Shown here in pieces: positions 20,847-30,920 of a stretch of 64,000 nucleotides of DNA (the first letter of the stretch is position 1; each line of letters opens with the position of its first letter). Under the pieces are notes generated by a model, which did not search any database, was not told the DNA's origin, and saw only the letters and a list, made by a program, of their open reading frames with translations. Made by a program: the position numbers and the translations under genes. Source of the stretch: an uncultured Planctomycetota bacterium (GTDB lineage Bacteria > Planctomycetota > PLA2 > JAEUHO01); assembly GCA_963752285.1 (NCBI GenBank), contig CAVVXN010000005.1, positions 1 through 64,000 on the forward strand, written 5' to 3'.

Positions 20847-22310
20847 ATGCCGACCGGCTCAGGTAGCCTCAAGAGTCTGCGGTTCGCGGTCCGCATTCCG
20901 GTCCTCGCGCACTACATGGGTCTGTTGCTGGGCCCGCTGGGAGTCCTCACCTGCGTGCCCGCTGCGGTTGCGTGGGCAACCGGTCGGTCGGATGTGGCCC
21001 TGTACAACGTCGCGGTGGCCGTGGGCCTGCTCGGGCTCGGGGTGCTCGGCAAGAAGTTCGGCTGCCGCGCGGACATCCAGCGCAACGAAGCCCTCGTCCT
21101 CGCCGTGCTCGTGTTCGGGGTCGCCTCGCTTGCCGGGGCGATCCCCTTCACCGCCCTGGGAATGACCCCGCTGGATGCCTGGGTCGAATCCGTCTCCGGA
21201 GCGACCACGACAGGTCTGAGCACGCTGGCCTCCGTGAAGGACGCTCCGGCGGCCTTCCTGTTCGCCCGTGCCTGGCTCCAGTGGGTCGGCGGGCTCGGCG
21301 TCCTGGTGCTGGCGCTTGCGCTCGTCGTAACGCCCGGCGCCTCGGCGCGACGCATGGGATTCGACGCTCGAGAGGTAGATGACGTTGCCGGAGGAACACG
21401 CGCAAACGCTCGTCGGGTGGTGGTGATCTACCTGACACTGACGCTGCTCGGGATCGGCGCCCTCCTCGCACTAGGCGCCGGAGCCTTCGATGCCATTCTG
21501 CACGCCTTCGCCTCGATCTCGACCGGAGGCTTCGCGAGTCATGACGGGAGCTTGGCCAGCTTCGCAGGCCGGATCCGCGTAGGTAGCCTCGTGCTCTGCT
21601 TTGCCGGAGCCGTGCCGTTCTCCTGCTATTCCGGCGCGCTCTACCGTCGCCCTTGGCGGTTCCTCTCGGATCCGCAGTTTCGCAGCCTGCTGCTCTTCTG
21701 CGCGATGAGCTTCGGCGCCCTCGCCCTGATCCAGCTGCTCTCGGCCCAGAAGCACGTCGCGGTTCCGGACCTCGCGCTCGCCGCGGTTTCGGCCCAGACG
21801 ACGGCGGGCTTCTCCAGCATTCCGATATCGGCGCTCGCGCCCGGATCCAAGCTCGTCCTGATCGCCTCCATGTTCGTCGGTGGCGGGCTGGGCTCGACGG
21901 CCGGTGGCATCAAGATCTTCCGCTTCCTCGTCCTCGTGCAGATCCTGAGGCTCCTGCTCAACCGCGTTTCCATCCTCCGCTCTGGACGCGCGACTCTCCG
22001 GCTGGGCCGCGATTCCGTGGGGCCGGATGAGGTCCTGTGGGTGGTGGGCGTCGTGTCCGCGTTCGTCCTCCTCATCGCGTTCTCGTGGCTCGCCTTCCTC
22101 GTATGCGGCTACGATGCGATGGACAGCCTCTTCGAGGTGGTGTCAGCGGTGGGGACGGTGGGACTCTCGACGGGAATCACCAGTGCGGGGCTTCCGGCAT
22201 TCTTGAAGGTCGTGCTGTCGCTCGACATGCTCATGGGACGCGTGGAGGTGGTGGCGTTCATCGTCCTCCTGCGTCCCGCCACGTGGTTTGGGCGCAGGAG
22301 GAGACTCTGA
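20847..22310 (+). CDS. trkH: TrkH-family potassium uptake permease
   Basis: Four pore loops: ATTTGLS, ISTGGF, QTTAGFS, VGTVGLSTG; also GSTAGGIKIFR. Confidence 0.92.
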   Translation: MPTGSGSLKSLRFAVRIPVLAHYMGLLLGPLGVLTCVPAAVAWATGRSDVALYNVAVAVGLLGLGVLGKKFGCRADIQRNEALVLAVLVFGVASLAGAIPFTALGMTPLDAWVESVSGATTTGLSTLASVKDAPAAFLFARAWLQWVGGLGVLVLALALVVTPGASARRMGFDAREVDDVAGGTRANARRVVVIYLTLTLLGIGALLALGAGAFDAILHAFASISTGGFASHDGSLASFAGRIRVGSLVLCFAGAVPFSCYSGALYRRPWRFLSDPQFRSLLLFCAMSFGALALIQLLSAQKHVAVPDLALAAVSAQTTAGFSSIPISALAPGSKLVLIASMFVGGGLGSTAGGIKIFRFLVLVQILRLLLNRVSILRSGRATLRLGRDSVGPDEVLWVVGVVSAFVLLIAFSWLAFLVCGYDAMDSLFEVVSAVGTVGLSTGITSAGLPAFLKVVLSLDMLMGRVEVVAFIVLLRPATWFGRRRRL

Positions 22311-22960
22311 TGCGTGTCGTCTTCATCGGGGCCAGCGCTCAGGCGGTCGAGGCGGCGCGCTCCGTGCTCGCGAGCGGTCACGACGTCGTGATCGTGGACA
22401 GCGACGAGGACCGGCTGCAGAGGCTCGAGGAGACCGACCTCGACTGCGCCTTCGTCCACGGGGACGGCAGCCGGCCCGCCGTGCTGTCTGAGATCGGGCC
22501 CGCCGCAACGGACTTCCTGTTCTGCATGACCGGGAGTGACCAGAACAACATCCTGGCCGCCCTGGCGGGCAAGCGCCTCGGGTTCGAGCGGGTGATCGCC
22601 ATGATCGAGGACTCCGACTTCGGCGGACTCTGCGCCGAGTTGGGCCTGGAGGACGTCCTGATCCCCAACCAGGAGACGGCCAACGCGGTGAACGATCGCG
22701 TCGCGGGCATCGAGAGCGTGGACCTGGCGCCGCTCATGAAGACGGGCATCCGCTTCTTCTCGTTCGCCGCTCGAGAGGGCGAGGAGGGCACGGTCGCCGA
22801 GCTCCAGCTCCCGGGCGGCGCGAGGGCCCTGGCGGTCGTGCGTCTTCAGGAGGTCGAGCTGGCCACCAACGAGACCCGGATCCAGGAGCACGACACCGTC
22901 TACGTGGTGTGCACGCAAGACCTGGTCAAGGAGCTACGGAAGCGCTTCATCGACCCCTGA
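22310..22960 (+). CDS. trkA: TrkA-family potassium uptake regulatory subunit (RCK_N + RCK_C)
   Basis: TGATG coupling; MRVVFIGAS..GHDVVIVD..VHGDGS..TGSDQNNILA. Confidence 0.9.
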   Translation: MRVVFIGASAQAVEAARSVLASGHDVVIVDSDEDRLQRLEETDLDCAFVHGDGSRPAVLSEIGPAATDFLFCMTGSDQNNILAALAGKRLGFERVIAMIEDSDFGGLCAELGLEDVLIPNQETANAVNDRVAGIESVDLAPLMKTGIRFFSFAAREGEEGTVAELQLPGGARALAVVRLQEVELATNETRIQEHDTVYVVCTQDLVKELRKRFIDP

Positions 22961-23339
22961 CCCGAACCCCCTCCCGTATCTCGCGCCGTGTCGGCCTTGG
23001 GCGTGGGGGCGGCGGACGCCGTGTCGCGTGCGAGGGTGGCCGCGGGACGCGCGCACGCGACCCGGCCGCGCGAGGTCCACGGCGCCCGCGCCCACTACCG
23101 TCCGGGACGCCTCCGGCCGAGGGGGTCGGGGACCAGGTCGAGCTCGCGCGGCTCGGAAGCGGTTCGCGGGCGTACGAACAGCGAAGCGCCGACGAGACGG
23201 CTGAGGCATCCGACGAAGGAGCCGGGAACGCCACGCGGGGCGCGGCCCCCGCCGAGGTTCGACCTCCGGCCGGTTCCAGCTCCGCGTCGTGGTCCACGAG
23301 CCCCGGTGCGATGGGGGGGACGGGCCGCTCTGCCAAGAC

Positions 23340-24581
23340 CTACTTCCCGCCGTGGCCGTCGTCGCTCTTGCCGTGCCCGTCGTCGCTCCCGCCGTGCCCG
23401 TCGGCGCTCCCACCGCGCCCGTGGCCCTTCTTGCCGTGGCCGCCCTCGTCGTCCGTGCCGGGAGACGGAGGCTGCTGCTGCGGCGCGTGCTGGGCCTGTT
23501 CCTTCTCGCGGCGCTTCCGCTGCCGCTCGATGAGGGTCTCGAGCCGCTTCCTCTCGGCCTCGAACGCCTGGAGGGCCGCCTCGCGTCGCTTCGCGGCGGC
23601 GTCGGATGCCGCCGGGCCCGGGTTCTGCCGGTCCGGTGCGACGGGGATGGCGTCCTGCTGATCGAGGGCCTTCCGCTGCGCATCGAGGTAGGCCCTCAGC
23701 TTCGCCTGGCGTTGCGCGGTCCACCCTTCCAGATCGACGGGCGCGGCTACGTCGTGGCCGGTCCCCCGGGTCCGCGGAGGCGGCGACTGCGCGGCGGCCC
23801 TGGGCGCGATGCGCGGGCGGTAGATGACCACCGCATCGCCCTCGACGCGCGCGCCGGCGCCGTGCCCGGGATCCGGGGCCTCCCGCAGGTGCCGCCGCGG
23901 GAGCTCTGCGCCTTGCGCTCTTTCGACCGCCGTCAGGTCGACGCTCCGGTTCGTGTAGCCGCCCGCGACCGTCGAATATCGAGTGGACCATTGGGTGTGC
24001 TGCAGGAGGTAGGGGTTGTAGGCGTTCACGAGGACGCGGGATCGCATGTCCGGGGCGGCGAAGTGCTGCAGCGACACGAAGGTCCAGGCGAACGATCCGA
24101 GGCTGACGGTCGCGTTGAGGCTCGTGAGGTCCGGAGCGGCGTCGAAGCGCCAGCCGGGCCCGGGCGGCAGCGGCGCCCATCCGACCCACGGATCGCCGTA
24201 GCGGAACGCGACCCACGCCGGCCCCCACGTGGTGCCGGGCACCCAGACCCAGCCGTAGTCGTCGACGTACATCCAGCGCCCGTAGTGGTAGGTCGCCCAG
24301 CCCCATGGCTCCTCGGAAACCCACATCCACCCGTAGGGTTCGACCCAGCTCCACTGCCCGACGGTGTAGGGACGCCAGCCGTAGTCCACGTTCTCAGGGA
24401 CCCAGACCCACCCGCGGGGCTCGAGCTGGACCCACTCCCCGTACGGTGCGAGCGAGGTGTAGAAGACCGAGACGTCGATCTCGTCGTCCGCCGCGGCTTG
24501 GCGGAGGGAAGCCCCCGACCCAAGAAATCCCGCGAGCAGCATCGCGGCCGACGCGAGAGCGATCTTCATCCGGGTGGTCAT
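23340..24581 (-). CDS. Secreted DUF6600-like protein with acidic Gly/His-rich tail
   Basis: Signal peptide; FYTSLAPYGEW..WRPYTVGQW..EPWGWATYHYGRW..WGPAWV..VGWAPLPP. Confidence 0.85.
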   Translation of the reverse strand: MTTRMKIALASAAMLLAGFLGSGASLRQAAADDEIDVSVFYTSLAPYGEWVQLEPRGWVWVPENVDYGWRPYTVGQWSWVEPYGWMWVSEEPWGWATYHYGRWMYVDDYGWVWVPGTTWGPAWVAFRYGDPWVGWAPLPPGPGWRFDAAPDLTSLNATVSLGSFAWTFVSLQHFAAPDMRSRVLVNAYNPYLLQHTQWSTRYSTVAGGYTNRSVDLTAVERAQGAELPRRHLREAPDPGHGAGARVEGDAVVIYRPRIAPRAAAQSPPPRTRGTGHDVAAPVDLEGWTAQRQAKLRAYLDAQRKALDQQDAIPVAPDRQNPGPAASDAAAKRREAALQAFEAERKRLETLIERQRKRREKEQAQHAPQQQPPSPGTDDEGGHGKKGHGRGGSADGHGGSDDGHGKSDDGHGGK

Positions 24582-24897
24582 CGTGGCCTCCAAGACGGCA
24601 TGCCGCCGTGGGTTGGATGCCGGACGCGGGACGAAGGAGCACCGGACCCCGGTCGAACCGGCGTCGGGGTCACGAGCCCGACGATGCCGCCCTCGTTCGC
24701 GCCCCTTGCCGCTGGCGTACGAGCCGCGCCCCCCCGCCACACCCTCGCTCCGCACGGCTTTTCGAGGCGCTCGGAACCCCGGCCGCCCCTCGGGCGGGAC
24801 GAGCGCCCCGCGGGGGCACGATTTCCGGACAGATCCGTACCCCCCGGCGCGCTGCGGCATCCAAGTCGATTGAGATGTCACCATGCCCGAACAGCCC
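24574..24897. repeat. Copy 1 of a ~325-bp diverged direct repeat (divergent promoter region)
   Basis: Collinear with 30921-31246; the first 57 bp are 54/57 identical by manual alignment. Confidence 0.9.
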
Positions 24898-25560
24898 ACC
24901 ACCGCCACCACCACCACCGCCGCCCCCACGAAGACCCAGAGCGTGATCCTCCGGGCCTACCCCAAGGTCATCTTCTTCTGGCCGACGTGGATCTTCAGCC
25001 TCCTCGCCGGGCTGATCGAGGTGTCGACCAGCGCGAGCCCCCTGCATCTGGGCACGGTCTGGATGTGCATCTTCGCCTTCAACCTGCTGGTCATCTCGTT
25101 CGACTTCACGGAGGTCGTCTCCGTGATGGCACTGGCCCTCGTCGCGGTCCTGATCTTCGCGGGCCTGTACTTCGGATTTCTCGGGTTCATCGGAGGCTTC
25201 TTCACGAAGCTCCAGCTGCACATGGATTCCAACTTCTACTTCACGATCTTCGGGCTGTTCACGATCATCTACGTGTGCGTCCTCATCAAGACACGCTTTG
25301 ACTACTGGGAATTCCGCAACAACGAGGTGATCCACCGACAGGGCGTGTTCCCCGACATCAAGCGCTACAGCTCCGAGGACCTGCGCTGGTTCAAGGAGAT
25401 TCCGGACGTACTCGAGCGGCTGATGGCCGGCGCGGGCCGCATGATCCTCACCACCCCGCGAGAGCCGCAGCCGATCGTCATCGAGCACGTGCTGATGATC
25501 GGGTCGATCGACGAGAGAATCGCCGACATCCTCGGGACGCAACGCGTTACCATTGCCTGA
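24883..25560 (+). CDS. Hypothetical membrane protein (4 TM + bPH-like C-terminus)
   Basis: Hydrophobic helices followed by DYWEFRNNEVIHRQGVF..DVLERLMAGAGRMIL. Confidence 0.8.
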   Translation: MPEQPTTATTTTAAPTKTQSVILRAYPKVIFFWPTWIFSLLAGLIEVSTSASPLHLGTVWMCIFAFNLLVISFDFTEVVSVMALALVAVLIFAGLYFGFLGFIGGFFTKLQLHMDSNFYFTIFGLFTIIYVCVLIKTRFDYWEFRNNEVIHRQGVFPDIKRYSSEDLRWFKEIPDVLERLMAGAGRMILTTPREPQPIVIEHVLMIGSIDERIADILGTQRVTIA

Positions 25561-25848
25561 GGACACGGCCCGGCCGATGTCCTCAGCGGTCCGGCCATCA
25601 TCGTCGGGCTCTGGTTGCGAACGGCCGCGAGAGGCGCCTGCCACCGCCGCCGCGGATCGCCCCCCTCCCCTCCCGCCGGCGGATCCGGCCCCCGACGGAG
25701 CATCGGGCGGGGACATCCCGAGCGGACGGCCCGCGGGGCGACACCACCGGGCCCGTGCGCGATTTCGGGCGGTGCCAGCGCGCGCTCCACGGCATCAAAA
25801 GGCGCAGACGTTGCGATCGAACGCCCAGTCGCTTCCGGAGGAGCTCCC

Positions 25849-26271
25849 ATGACGAATAGTCCCGTTCGACCCGGCGGCAAGCCCGACTCACACTCCGACC
25901 ACGCGTCCACCTGGCCGGACACGACGACCGCGCGCGACGAGGGTGCACGCGCCGTTCGTTCCCGCGTCACGGCCATCACGCCGACGCATGCCCTGTTGGG
26001 CCGACCGGAGGAGACGCTGCGCCTGCTGGCGATGACCGAGGAAAACCAAGGCCCGTCGCGCACGACCCTGGGGACGCCCATCGGCGACGGCGATCCTGCG
26101 CACAGGGCTCGGCCAGACCACGCGCGAGGAGGCGGCGAAGGATTTCTCGCTTTCGGGCGTTCGGTCCAGGCCGCGCTCCCCGCAGGCTGCGTGCCGGATC
26201 CTGGCGGGGTGCCCTCGCCGGCCCGGGCTTCGGCCGCGTCGGGGCCCGGGCCCGCCCGACGGACCCGGTAG
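25849..26271 (+). CDS. Possible hypothetical protein
   Basis: GGAGGAG upstream of ATG 25849; no recognisable motif. Confidence 0.25.
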   Translation: MTNSPVRPGGKPDSHSDHASTWPDTTTARDEGARAVRSRVTAITPTHALLGRPEETLRLLAMTEENQGPSRTTLGTPIGDGDPAHRARPDHARGGGEGFLAFGRSVQAALPAGCVPDPGGVPSPARASAASGPGPARRTR

Positions 26272-26820
26272 CGGAGGGGCTGGGAGGCCGTAGGAAGAGG
26301 ATCCGGGCGCTCGAGAGGGAGCTCGGCTCCGCCCGGCGGCTGGGATCGAGGTGCTCCGCACGTTGCCGGCGCGCCGGGCGTCGATGCGCGTGAACAAGAA
26401 AACGTCCTCGGTCTCGACGCGGCGACGGGCGACGCCTGCGAGCCTGCGGCGGGCCCGATCGTAGGGAGGCAGCACCACGGCGCGCAGCCGGAGGCGCATG
26501 CCCGGTTCGGCGCTCATGACGGTCCGGGCGAGAGGGCGCCGCCCGAGGAGGGCTGCCCCCGGAGGGCGGTGTCCTCCGCGGACTCGGCCGCCAACCCCGT
26601 CCCGGACGGCCCGGCGGTGCCTCTCCTCCTGCCTTCGGGTTCCCAGCACGTACCTGCCCGCACCCGACGGCGGGTCCCCACGATGTTCCGGCCCGCGCGT
26701 GGGACGCCGCAGGACTCTCCTTCCACGCCGGCGGCGGCGAGAGACGACGAGTGCGGGTCGGCGTCGGCGTGTACATCGACGAGACGGACATCGGCCTGGA
26801 GCGGCCGTCGCAAGGGTCGC

Positions 26821-27651
26821 CTACCCCTTCTTGGCCGCATGGTACTCGGCGCGGATGTGCTCGATATCCACCGCGGGGTCGGGGTACTTCATGTCGAGCG
26901 CTGCGAAGTACTCGACCACGATTCGCGCGATCGCAAGATTCCGAAACCACTTGTGGTTCGACGGGATCACGAACCAGGGCGCGTGCGGCGTGCTGCAGCG
27001 CGACAGGACGTCCTCGTACGCGGCCATGTAGTCGTCCCAAAGCTCCCGTTCACTGTAGTCGGATTCGCTGATCTTCCACTGCTTGGTCGGATCGTCGAGA
27101 CGCTCCTCGAAGCGGGTGAGCTGCTCGTGCTTGGAGATGTGCAGGTAGAACTTGAGAATGTGGGTGTCGTTGTCGGCGAGCTCCCTCTCGAACGCGTTGA
27201 TCTCATCGTAGCGGCGCGACCAGGCCGCCTCCGAGACCAGGTCGTGGACGCGAACCACGAGCACGTCTTCGTAGTGAGAGCGATTGAAGATCGTGACGTC
27301 TCCTCGGGCAGGAGTGACTTTGTGGACCCGCCACAAGAAGTCGTGTCCGAGCTCCTCGGCTGAGGGCTGGCGAAACGGCACCACGCGACAGCCTTGCGGA
27401 TCCATCGCTCCCAGGATGTGGTGGATGGTCCCGTCCTTGCCGCCGGTGTCCATGCCTTGGAGGCAGATCAGGAGCGAACGCCGTCCGTCCGCGCGGAACA
27501 GATCCTGAAGCCGTCGCAGCTTCCTCCGGTGATGCTCGATCTCGTCGAGCGCGTCCTTGTGACTCACATGTCGATCCTTGAACCCCGGATCGATGTCTGC
27601 GAGCTTCACGCTGCTGCCAGGCTGTACCCGGAAACGATCGACGTACTTCAT
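26821..27651 (-). CDS. ppk2: Polyphosphate kinase 2 family protein (class III-like)
   Basis: LQGMDTGGKDGTI, HDFLWR, IFNRSHYEDVLVVRVH, WKISESD, APWFVIPSNHKWFRN. Confidence 0.95.
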   Translation of the reverse strand: MKYVDRFRVQPGSSVKLADIDPGFKDRHVSHKDALDEIEHHRRKLRRLQDLFRADGRRSLLICLQGMDTGGKDGTIHHILGAMDPQGCRVVPFRQPSAEELGHDFLWRVHKVTPARGDVTIFNRSHYEDVLVVRVHDLVSEAAWSRRYDEINAFERELADNDTHILKFYLHISKHEQLTRFEERLDDPTKQWKISESDYSERELWDDYMAAYEDVLSRCSTPHAPWFVIPSNHKWFRNLAIARIVVEYFAALDMKYPDPAVDIEHIRAEYHAAKKG

Positions 27652-27686
27652 GGGATCTCCTGGGTAATTGGTGGGCTCGCGTCGAT

Positions 27687-30284
27687 TCACTTGGGAGGCT
27701 GCTCGCGCCTGACCGTGCGCTCGGCCTCGAGCCAGTCCTCGACCGCGTGGCCGTCGCGATGGCCCTCCTGTTCGTACAGCGCGTATGCTTGCTCGGCGAT
27801 CTGCGCCGCGAGCTCCGCCGGGGGCGCTCGCTGGCCAGGGTCGAAGATCCGGTAGGCGAGCAGCTTCACGCGGTCGTTCACCAGGAACCACGCCAGCGCG
27901 TATCCCCACACGAACGCCGCCCAGCCCCATCCGAGCGGCGTCATGAACAGTCCATACACCGCGATCAAGGTCGCCACGAGCTGGGTCCCGAGCACGGCGG
28001 CCCACAGCACCCGAGCCGGCCGGATCGACCACAGCGGCCCGCGCGTGCGCGTCAAGAAGATCGTCAGATGTCCCGCGACCGAGAGCTTCAGGTACATCAG
28101 CGTCTGGACGTGCGCGCGGTCGAGATGGAACACGCGCTCGCCGAGGAAGAAGAGGCCGAACGCGGCGACGACCCCGATCACACCCAGCACCGTGGAGATG
28201 CCGAGCACGAGGGGCATGTTCCACGCCTCGGGCTGGCTCCTGTAGTGAACCTTGTCGTAGGCGATGGAGAGGATGGCGCCGTCGTTGAGCAACGCCAGCA
28301 TCACGATCATGACCGCGGTGACGGGGTAGAAGTCGAAGACCAGGATCGCCAGCGTCATGAAGAGCAGGACGCGAAGGGTCTCGGCGATGCGGTACATCGC
28401 GTAGCTGTTCATCCGCTGGAAGATCTTTCGGCTCTCCTTGATGGCGTCGATGATCACGGAGAGCCCGGGCTTCAAGAGCACGATCGACGCGGCCGCGCGC
28501 GCCGCGTCGGTCGCGCCCGACACCGCGATGCCGCAGTCGGCCTTCTTGAGCGCGGGCGCGTCGTTCACGCCATCGCCGGTCATGCCGACGATGTGGCCCC
28601 GCGCCTGGAGCGCCTCGACGATGTGGAACTTGTGCTCCGGGAACACCTGGGCGAACCCGTCCGCGCTCTCGATCGACTCGCCGGCCTCCGCGCTCGCGGG
28701 GTGCCCGTCGTCGCCGAGCACGCCCGCGTCGAGGATGCTGGCGCCGAGGCCGAGCGTCCGGGCCATCTCGCGGGCGATCGCCAGCTGGTCCCCGGTGACC
28801 ATCTTCACGCTCACGCCCATCCGCCGGGCGCTCGCAATGGTCGCCTTGGCCTGTTCGCGCGGCGGATCGAAGAGCGGCAGCACTCCGACGAGCTGCCACT
28901 GATCCTGCTGATCCGCGCGGGCCACACCCAGCGATCGAAAGCCGCGCGACGCGAAACCGTTGACCGCCTGGGCTACGGCGTCCTGGACCGCTTCGGCGTT
29001 CTTGGACATCTCCAGGATCACCTGCGGCGCGCCCTTGGCCACCTGGAACCGATTGCCGGCCTGGTCCTCGACCGTAGCCTCGGTGCGCTTGTGCACGGGA
29101 TCGAACGGCTGGAAGTGAACAACTCGATAGTCCTTCAGGGACCGGTCGCTCTCGAGACCGCCGAGCACCGCGAGATCGATCGTGTCATTGTCCTCCGCCC
29201 GCGATGCGAGCGCGCCGTAGAGGACGACCTGCTGGGCGGGAATCCCGTCGACGCAAAACGGATCGCCCAGCGTGAGCTTGTTCTGGGTCAGCGTGCCAGT
29301 CTTGTCCGAGCAGAGTATGTCGACGCCGGCGAGCTCCTCGATGGCCGCAAGACGGGTGACGATCGCTTGTTTCTTGGCGAGCAGGCGCGCGCCCACGGCC
29401 ATGGTGACCGACAGAACCGTCGGCATCGCCACCGGGATCGCGGCGACCAGCAGCACCAGCGCGAATTGCAGCGTCGTGAACACCGGATCACGGCGGAGGA
29501 GCGCGACAGTCACGATCACGCCGACCAGCGCGCCGGCCAGGAGGATCAGGTAGTTGCCGATCTTCAGCACGGCACGTTGAAAGTGGCTGACGGTGCGGGC
29601 CTGCTGCACCAGCTCCGCGGTCTTGCCGAAGTACGTGTTCGCGCCCGTCGCGTAGACGATCGCGTCGGTCTCGCCCTGGCGGACGATCGACCCGGAGAGC
29701 ACGGCCTCGCCCGCGTTGCGGGTCGCGGGCAGCGACTCCCCGGTGAGCGCCGACTGATCGACCTCGATCGGGTCGCCGGCGAGCAGGCGCGCATCCGCCG
29801 CCACGACGTCACCCAGCCGCACGCGGATGACGTCGCCCGGCACCAGCTCGCGCGCCCCGACGCTAACCCACTTCCCGTCGCGCTTCACCTTGGCCTTGCT
29901 CGCCAGCTTGGCCTTGAGCGCGGCGATGGCGTTACCGGCCTGGCGCTCCTCCCAGAACCCGACGACCGCGTTCGAGGCGAGCAGGCACAGGATGATGAAG
30001 AAGTCGAGCCAGTGCCGAACGACACCGGACAGGATCACCGCACCTTCGATCATCCACGGGATCGGCCCCCAGAAGTAGGCCAGGAACTTCAGTAGCGGAC
30101 TGGACTTCTTCTCCTCGATCGCGTTCGGCCCGTACTGGGTCAGCCGCTTCTGGACCTCCGCTCCCGCGAGACCGTCCGGCGAGGACGCCAGCCTCTTCTC
30201 CAGCTCCGGGAGAGGCACGGACTTCAGATCGCCCTGGGAGTCCGGCTTCGACTCCGGCTCGGTGATCTTCTCCGGAGCCGTCAC
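27687..30284 (-). CDS. Plasma-membrane-type H+-efflux P-type ATPase (P3A) with C-terminal DUF2934-like tail
   Basis: FWGPIPWMIE, DQSALTGES, AIPVAMPTVLSVTMAVGA, CSDKTGTLT, PFDPVHKRT, MTGDGVNDAPALKKAD, LLNDGAILSIAYD; tail IAEQAYALYEQEGHRDGHAVEDWLEAE. Confidence 0.95.
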   Translation of the reverse strand: MTAPEKITEPESKPDSQGDLKSVPLPELEKRLASSPDGLAGAEVQKRLTQYGPNAIEEKKSSPLLKFLAYFWGPIPWMIEGAVILSGVVRHWLDFFIILCLLASNAVVGFWEERQAGNAIAALKAKLASKAKVKRDGKWVSVGARELVPGDVIRVRLGDVVAADARLLAGDPIEVDQSALTGESLPATRNAGEAVLSGSIVRQGETDAIVYATGANTYFGKTAELVQQARTVSHFQRAVLKIGNYLILLAGALVGVIVTVALLRRDPVFTTLQFALVLLVAAIPVAMPTVLSVTMAVGARLLAKKQAIVTRLAAIEELAGVDILCSDKTGTLTQNKLTLGDPFCVDGIPAQQVVLYGALASRAEDNDTIDLAVLGGLESDRSLKDYRVVHFQPFDPVHKRTEATVEDQAGNRFQVAKGAPQVILEMSKNAEAVQDAVAQAVNGFASRGFRSLGVARADQQDQWQLVGVLPLFDPPREQAKATIASARRMGVSVKMVTGDQLAIAREMARTLGLGASILDAGVLGDDGHPASAEAGESIESADGFAQVFPEHKFHIVEALQARGHIVGMTGDGVNDAPALKKADCGIAVSGATDAARAAASIVLLKPGLSVIIDAIKESRKIFQRMNSYAMYRIAETLRVLLFMTLAILVFDFYPVTAVMIVMLALLNDGAILSIAYDKVHYRSQPEAWNMPLVLGISTVLGVIGVVAAFGLFFLGERVFHLDRAHVQTLMYLKLSVAGHLTIFLTRTRGPLWSIRPARVLWAAVLGTQLVATLIAVYGLFMTPLGWGWAAFVWGYALAWFLVNDRVKLLAYRIFDPGQRAPPAELAAQIAEQAYALYEQEGHRDGHAVEDWLEAERTVRREQPPK

Positions 30285-30405
30285 GCGTCGTTCGATCTCC
30301 GCGGCGTTCGCGTGTCGTCCACGCCGCGACGGTAGATGCGGCGCGGGCCGCGGCGTTCCGAGGAACCTGCGCACGCGGGGGGGTGCTGGCGCGGAGGTCG
30401 GCGGG

Positions 30406-30570
30406 TCACAGGTGGAGCGGGATGTAGCCGATGAGCAGAAGCACGACCACGACCAGCAGGACCAGTCCCAGCACTCCGCTGGGTCCGCGCCCCCAACTTC
30501 GGCTGTAGCCCCAACGGGGCAGGGCCCCGACGATCAGGAGGATCAGGACGATGAGCAGGATGAGTCCCAC
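30406..30570 (-). CDS. DUF3309-family small membrane protein (54 aa; not in ORF track)
   Basis: MGLILLIVLILLIVGALPRWGYSRSWGRGPSGVLGLVLLVVVVLLLIGYIPLHL*. Confidence 0.88.
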   Translation of the reverse strand: MGLILLIVLILLIVGALPRWGYSRSWGRGPSGVLGLVLLVVVVLLLIGYIPLHL

Positions 30571-30669
30571 GGGAGTCTTTCTCCGGAGCTTGCAGGAAGC
30601 CCTGGGGCCACGGGTGCCGGAGCCCGAGTCTGAACGCGCGGCCGGCGTCCAACGCGGGTGAGAGCGAAC

Positions 30670-30822
30670 CTACGACAAGACGCGGCGGCCCTGCAGCAGG
30701 CGATAGACCAACACGATCAGCGCCACGACCAGCAGGAGGTGGATCAACCCGCCAAGGGTGGTGGACGTCAGAAGTCCGACCAGCCACAACGCGAGAAGCA
30801 GAATGACGAGCGTCCAGAGCAT
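30670..30822 (-). CDS. lmo0937-family (DUF5670-like) small membrane protein (50 aa; not in ORF track)
   Basis: MLWTLVILLLALWLVGLLTSTTLGGLIHLLLVVALIVLVYRLLQGRRVLS*. Confidence 0.88.
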   Translation of the reverse strand: MLWTLVILLLALWLVGLLTSTTLGGLIHLLLVVALIVLVYRLLQGRRVLS

Positions 30823-30920
30823 CGTTGACTTCCCTTCGGCGCATCGGCCTCTTGGCAGACGCGACCACCGTGACGGTCACGGCGTACGAAAGCGGCGTCG
30901 CGTCGCTCCGCGACCTTCAC

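Noticed and set aside
20564..20866. Small ORF upstream of trkH
   Set aside because: No RBS or motif, and it overlaps the trkH start; unsupported.
24810..24830. GGCACGATTT as a sigma-54 promoter
   Set aside because: Lacks the -12 TTGC at the right spacing, and the GGCAC is altered in repeat copy 2.
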